The notes under the pieces were generated by a model. That model was not told the DNA's origin and searched no databases. It was given only the letters and a program-made list of their open reading frames with translations. A DNA stretch of 64,000 nt from the human T2T-CHM13v2.0 reference genome, Homo sapiens: NCBI RefSeq assembly GCF_009914755.1, contig NC_060926.1. One strand, written 5' to 3'. Positions 58,643 to 64,000 of the stretch are shown here, in pieces. The translations under genes and the position numbers were made by a program. The first letter of the stretch is position 1; each line of letters opens with the position of its first letter.

Positions 58643-59973
58643 AGTGGAGCTTCATAAAATCCAACGAACTGAAACAGTCATAAACGTCACAAGTTGGACA
58701 ACTTTGAATCATAACCATAAAGAGCAAGGATGTCATGTTAGGATGCAAATTTAATTTTTTAATTTTTTTTAGCTCATTCAGTCTACAGTTTTAAATCCAA
58801 ATAGGCTGTCTCATTTTGGATGCCTGTCACTCCTCAGGGGGCTGCCTCAGCCTCTGGGAAATGTGCTTCTCAGGTCACCTCCCACTCACACATGCATGCT
58901 CTCCTTACTCTCCTCAGGCTCTGGTGTTCAGGGTTGTGCTACCCCACAGAACTCTGGCCCTAAACTCCACACTGGGCCTCCCCATGCATAGACACCCTCC
59001 TCAGCAAGCTCCGATTTCCACACTGTGAGACACCTGTCCCACCCCATGGATTCCCTCTGCACCTGCGATGGGCTCCTTGCAAGGATACCCTCCCCTCCCT
59101 CCTGACAGCACTCCATGAGAGCCCCCTTTGGTCCTCACTGGGGCCAAGCAGCCCCTCTCCGTAGATGCCCTGCTCATTCCCTCCCATCTTCACTTAGCTC
59201 CCTCCTCTCCCCATTTCCACACTGCTCTGCCCTTACTAGGGCTTCAGGATTAAATTGCTCTGGAATGGTTCAGGAATAAAAGGAAAAAGAAGGAAATGGA
59301 AAAGAAAGGAAAAGGAGGAGGAAGTGCAAACTAAGGCTTGATAATTGTTTCCAAAAACAAAGTCTCTGGATTGAAAAACGTGATAAAATACATGGTTATT
59401 CTTAGAATGTATTTTTAAATATATCTCATAACCTTATATGTCTGGCTTCTAATTTGATTCCACTTATCTTATTTAAAAATCTGAAAGCTCTGGTTTGAGG
59501 TTGGCAGTGACAATCTGTAAAAGAAGGAGCACACGCCATGGTCACCATACCCCTTGAATTATTGTACACCATACCACAATAATTTCTAGGTGTATTTCAC
59601 TAGTACATTTCAGCCTTTCTAGAAAGTGCATTTCTTCCTCTGCTTTTCTATCATTTTCTTAATTGTATATCAATTGACATTAGATAAATGGTGGAATCCT
59701 GAAATAGGTTTGGCATTCCTCAATGTTGCTATAACAAAGCAAAAATGAAATGAGAGCTCATGGAAAATAAAGAAGATGCAAACTAGTCCAGAAATATGGG
59801 AAGAAGTAAGTGATCTTCTTTGCGAATTATGAATGAATTTTATTTAAAAATCATTTTAAAATCTTAAAAAAGAATTTACAAAAATTAAGTTTTAAAAATT
59901 GCCATTTTGTTATAAGCAACCACTTAAATCATTGTCTTTCAAATTATAATAGATTACTGTTTGGGCAATAGAG

Positions 59974-59986
59974 TGTGTGTGTGTGC

Positions 59987-60021
<35 letters not shown>
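59974..60021. repeat. (TG)n microsatellite
   Basis: Read directly from the sequence. Confidence 0.95.
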
Positions 60022-60022
<1 letters not shown>

Positions 60023-60253
60023 TATCCCAAAAACCTCAATATATGTGTATAACATATATATAATCCACATATATGTTTAATATAAATATAAAACCCTCAA
60101 TAGTTAGTAACCAAAAATAATTCGTTTGTGAGACAACTGTTTAGAATCCAGAAGATGTCCTTATATTAACCCCGTTGTAACTGGTTATTGGTTTCCAACT
60201 ACTACTGATTTTTTTAAAGAATACATGTGTACACGAATATAATTTTGCATTGA

Positions 60254-60610
<357 letters not shown>

Positions 60611-60861
60611 CATATTATGTTTTAATAGTTTTTCTCTCCTTTCCTTTTCAGTACAGTATGAACCATAGAGAAAAATATATGGTTCTTACGGATTCAGAAA
60701 TGTGAAAAGCAAAGGTGTTTTAGAATACAGTGACAGCTCAGGAGAACTCACTGTAGGTCAAATGTCCATGTTCCACCCTAAAGAGCTTTTATTTTAAGAA
60801 GTATACCACACAATTCTAATAATATGGGTCACACTGAGAAAAGTCGATATAAAAAAAGTCT

Positions 60862-61162
60862 GGGCAGGGCGCGGTGTCTCACGCCTACAATCCATGCACT
60901 TTGGGAGGCCAAGGCGAGTGAATCACTAGGTCAGGAGATTGAGACCATCCTGGCTAACACGGTGAAACCCCGTCTCTACCAAAACAAATACAAAAAAATT
61001 AGCCAGGCATGGTGGCACGCGCCTGTAGTCTCAGCTACTCAGGAGGCTGAGGCAGAAGAATTGCTTGAACTCGGGAGGCGGAGGTTGCAGTAAGCCGAGA
61101 TCACGCCATTGCACTCCAGTCTGGGTGACAGTTCGAGAATCTGTCTCAAAAAAAAAAAAAAA
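60862..61162 (+). mobile_element. AluSc-like
   Basis: Full Alu (AGATTGAGACCATCCTGGCTAACACGG) with poly-A. Confidence 0.92.
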
Positions 61163-62589
61163 GTTGACTTTGGTTTTCCCAATGCTCACAGCAATGATGA
61201 CAAAGACTCAAATGGTAGTGCAATGTTGCAGAAGCACATGTTTACATGTAAAGATTATTTATACACAAGGTGTGCATTTGTAAACTATGTGACAAACAAA
61301 CAACAGACTGTATTCTATTGGCAATCCTCTCTGAATAACAAGACAGTTAACAGAAAGAGTAATATATGGCAGTATTCTGAAGTTACCCACTTCCTACAAA
61401 ATTTTATAAGTCAAATATTGGACTCTACTTTTAGCATCTAAAGCATATATATTCTTCTAAGTAAAATCATATTCCTTTTTAAATATGAGGCATGATATAT
61501 TTTGGGTGAAATAGCAAAGTAGTATTTAATAAAGCTGTAATTATTGATTTTTAAGCTGTTAAAGGTCTAAGTAGGCCTTACTCCTCTATCCCACTCTTAA
61601 TTCCTCCCAATAGTAAAATATGCCCAACTCTCATCTTTAGCACAACCAACTGACTACTTACCACTTTTCAGAATTCTGGGCAACACTGTCATCTGTTTCT
61701 ACAACCTAAGTGTATCTATTCTATTAAAGCTAACTTTTTATTAGGCAAATTAAGTGGGAAAGCGTGTCTTAAGTGCTCCACTTGACTATGCCATTAATTT
61801 CTATTTGGAAGAATGAATTATATACCTGAAGTCACTCATGTGAAAATCAATTCAACAAAGGTATACTAAGTGCTTTTTAGTATTATCCATCAATTTTACG
61901 TTATTTTTTATATTAAATGAGGTACTTGAAATTAAGAACTAATTTACCAGACAGAGGGTAAAATGTATACTACTCTTAAAACGTCACTGTCTGCTCTAGA
62001 ATATATTTATCCATATTCTCCAAACTTCTACTTTTATGTTTTGTTCCAACAGTAGGCACACAGAGTACTGAACCTTCTAATCCAATTGCATTTTTTTTTT
62101 TTTTTTGGTGTTTTCCTAGTTGCTTAGATTACCAAATCTGATTTAAACTTTGGATATTTTTATAAAGTGCTAAAATCTAAATTATACTATATAACTTATT
62201 ATTAATGATATGATCCCTCTACTCATTTACAATGCAATAGAGACAATAAGATATATTTTCATAAATGTTAGCAAGAGTTATGTAAACGATACTGTTTTAG
62301 GTGTTCCCGTTATCAATGTATTGCTTATCAGCTCCAAATTCCCTCTTCTTTGCTTTGTCACTAGTGGAGCTAAATCTTGTAAACCTTTCCCCTACCAGCT
62401 GGCAAGATATTAAGATTGCTACTAGATGGAGCCTGCACTGCAGGAAAAAAAAGTGGGGGGGCTTCCCTTTCTGCTTTTTAAAAATCCTTACTTCTGCAAT
62501 GTTTACCTGGCAAGCGGGATACCCAGACATGTATGGATAGTTTCCCAGAAAGTTCTGCAGGCAGTGTGGCCACTTCCCGTCAAGGTCAA

Positions 62590-63230
<641 letters not shown>

Positions 63231-64000
63231 TACTTTCAACTTTTACCAGTAATTAGTTGTTGGCCTATTTGAGGAAGCCATTTAAACTCCCAATGCCTTC
63301 ATTTACTTGATTATGAAATTAGTTGCCAGAGTTTGGGTCTCTTCCAGCTTTTGGTTTTTAATGAATTTATAATAACAGAGCATTAACTCTGAAAATACAA
63401 TCTCAAGAAGATTTCATTAGTAGTAATATTGGAGAAAATTTATGATAGATATATAATTTTAATTTTCTTATAAAGTATTAATTGAAAAGCAGTGTTAGTC
63501 TGGATTTGCAGTTTTTACTTCTCAAAATTTAAACCCCATAGTGTTGGCAGACTAACAAAATAATTAGTGTCACATAACTCAGGGGCATTAGTGAAGTCAT
63601 TAACTGTGTAATGTCTTTTGCATTTCTACGTTGAAAAAAATGTGTCCAAATATATTTTATTGTGTTTTTTGCCACTTCATTGTCATGAATAGAAAGTTAT
63701 AGTTTCATAATAAATTAGTTTATTTTGTCCTTTTTGATAAATTAGTTCAAAATTATACTTTATGTTCTAAAAAAAGAAAAACCACAGCACAGATTTATCA
63801 TTAGCTCTGGTTAAAATTTAACTGCAATATAATGAAATGAAATGTTGCTTAATAAATTATTCATTGAAAGGGAGTTTATTTTAAAAACATATTTTTTCTC
63901 ATAGGAATCTCTGATTGGAAAATAAAAACTACATTAGCTGTAAGCTTACTCTGATATTTAAAGGTTTGCATAGTAAAAAGCCTTCAGCTTCTCCCTGTTC

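Overview
Hominoid primate DNA, most likely human, dominated by repeats and intergenic or intronic. No intact protein-coding gene, RNA gene or CRISPR array is recognisable, and almost all long ORFs in the track are L1, HERV, Alu or LTR remnants. Main structures: (1) a 5.6-kb LTR7-HERV-H provirus (33177-38798) with a GATAT target-site duplication (TSD), a perfect tRNA-His primer-binding site (PBS), an optimal splice donor and a stop-free leader/pre-gag frame; (2) three nested solo LTRs (MSTA > MER52 > HERV-W LTR17) just downstream; (3) a 5'-inverted (twin-primed) L1PA5-like element inside an older L1MC; (4) an LTR-less ERV1 gag fragment; (5) many Alu, L1, L2, MIR, MaLR and DNA-transposon copies. 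Best leads: two L1PA5-like copies 20 kb apart share private mutations and a 125-bp identical tract (probable gene conversion); the two HERV-H LTRs differ by one 31-bp repeat unit; and two phase-compatible minus-strand exon candidates (5619-5529 and 3014 onward) lie in non-repeat sequence. I cannot demonstrate a new biological system from the sequence alone. Repeat subfamily names come from remembered consensus sequences and need RepeatMasker/Dfam confirmation.
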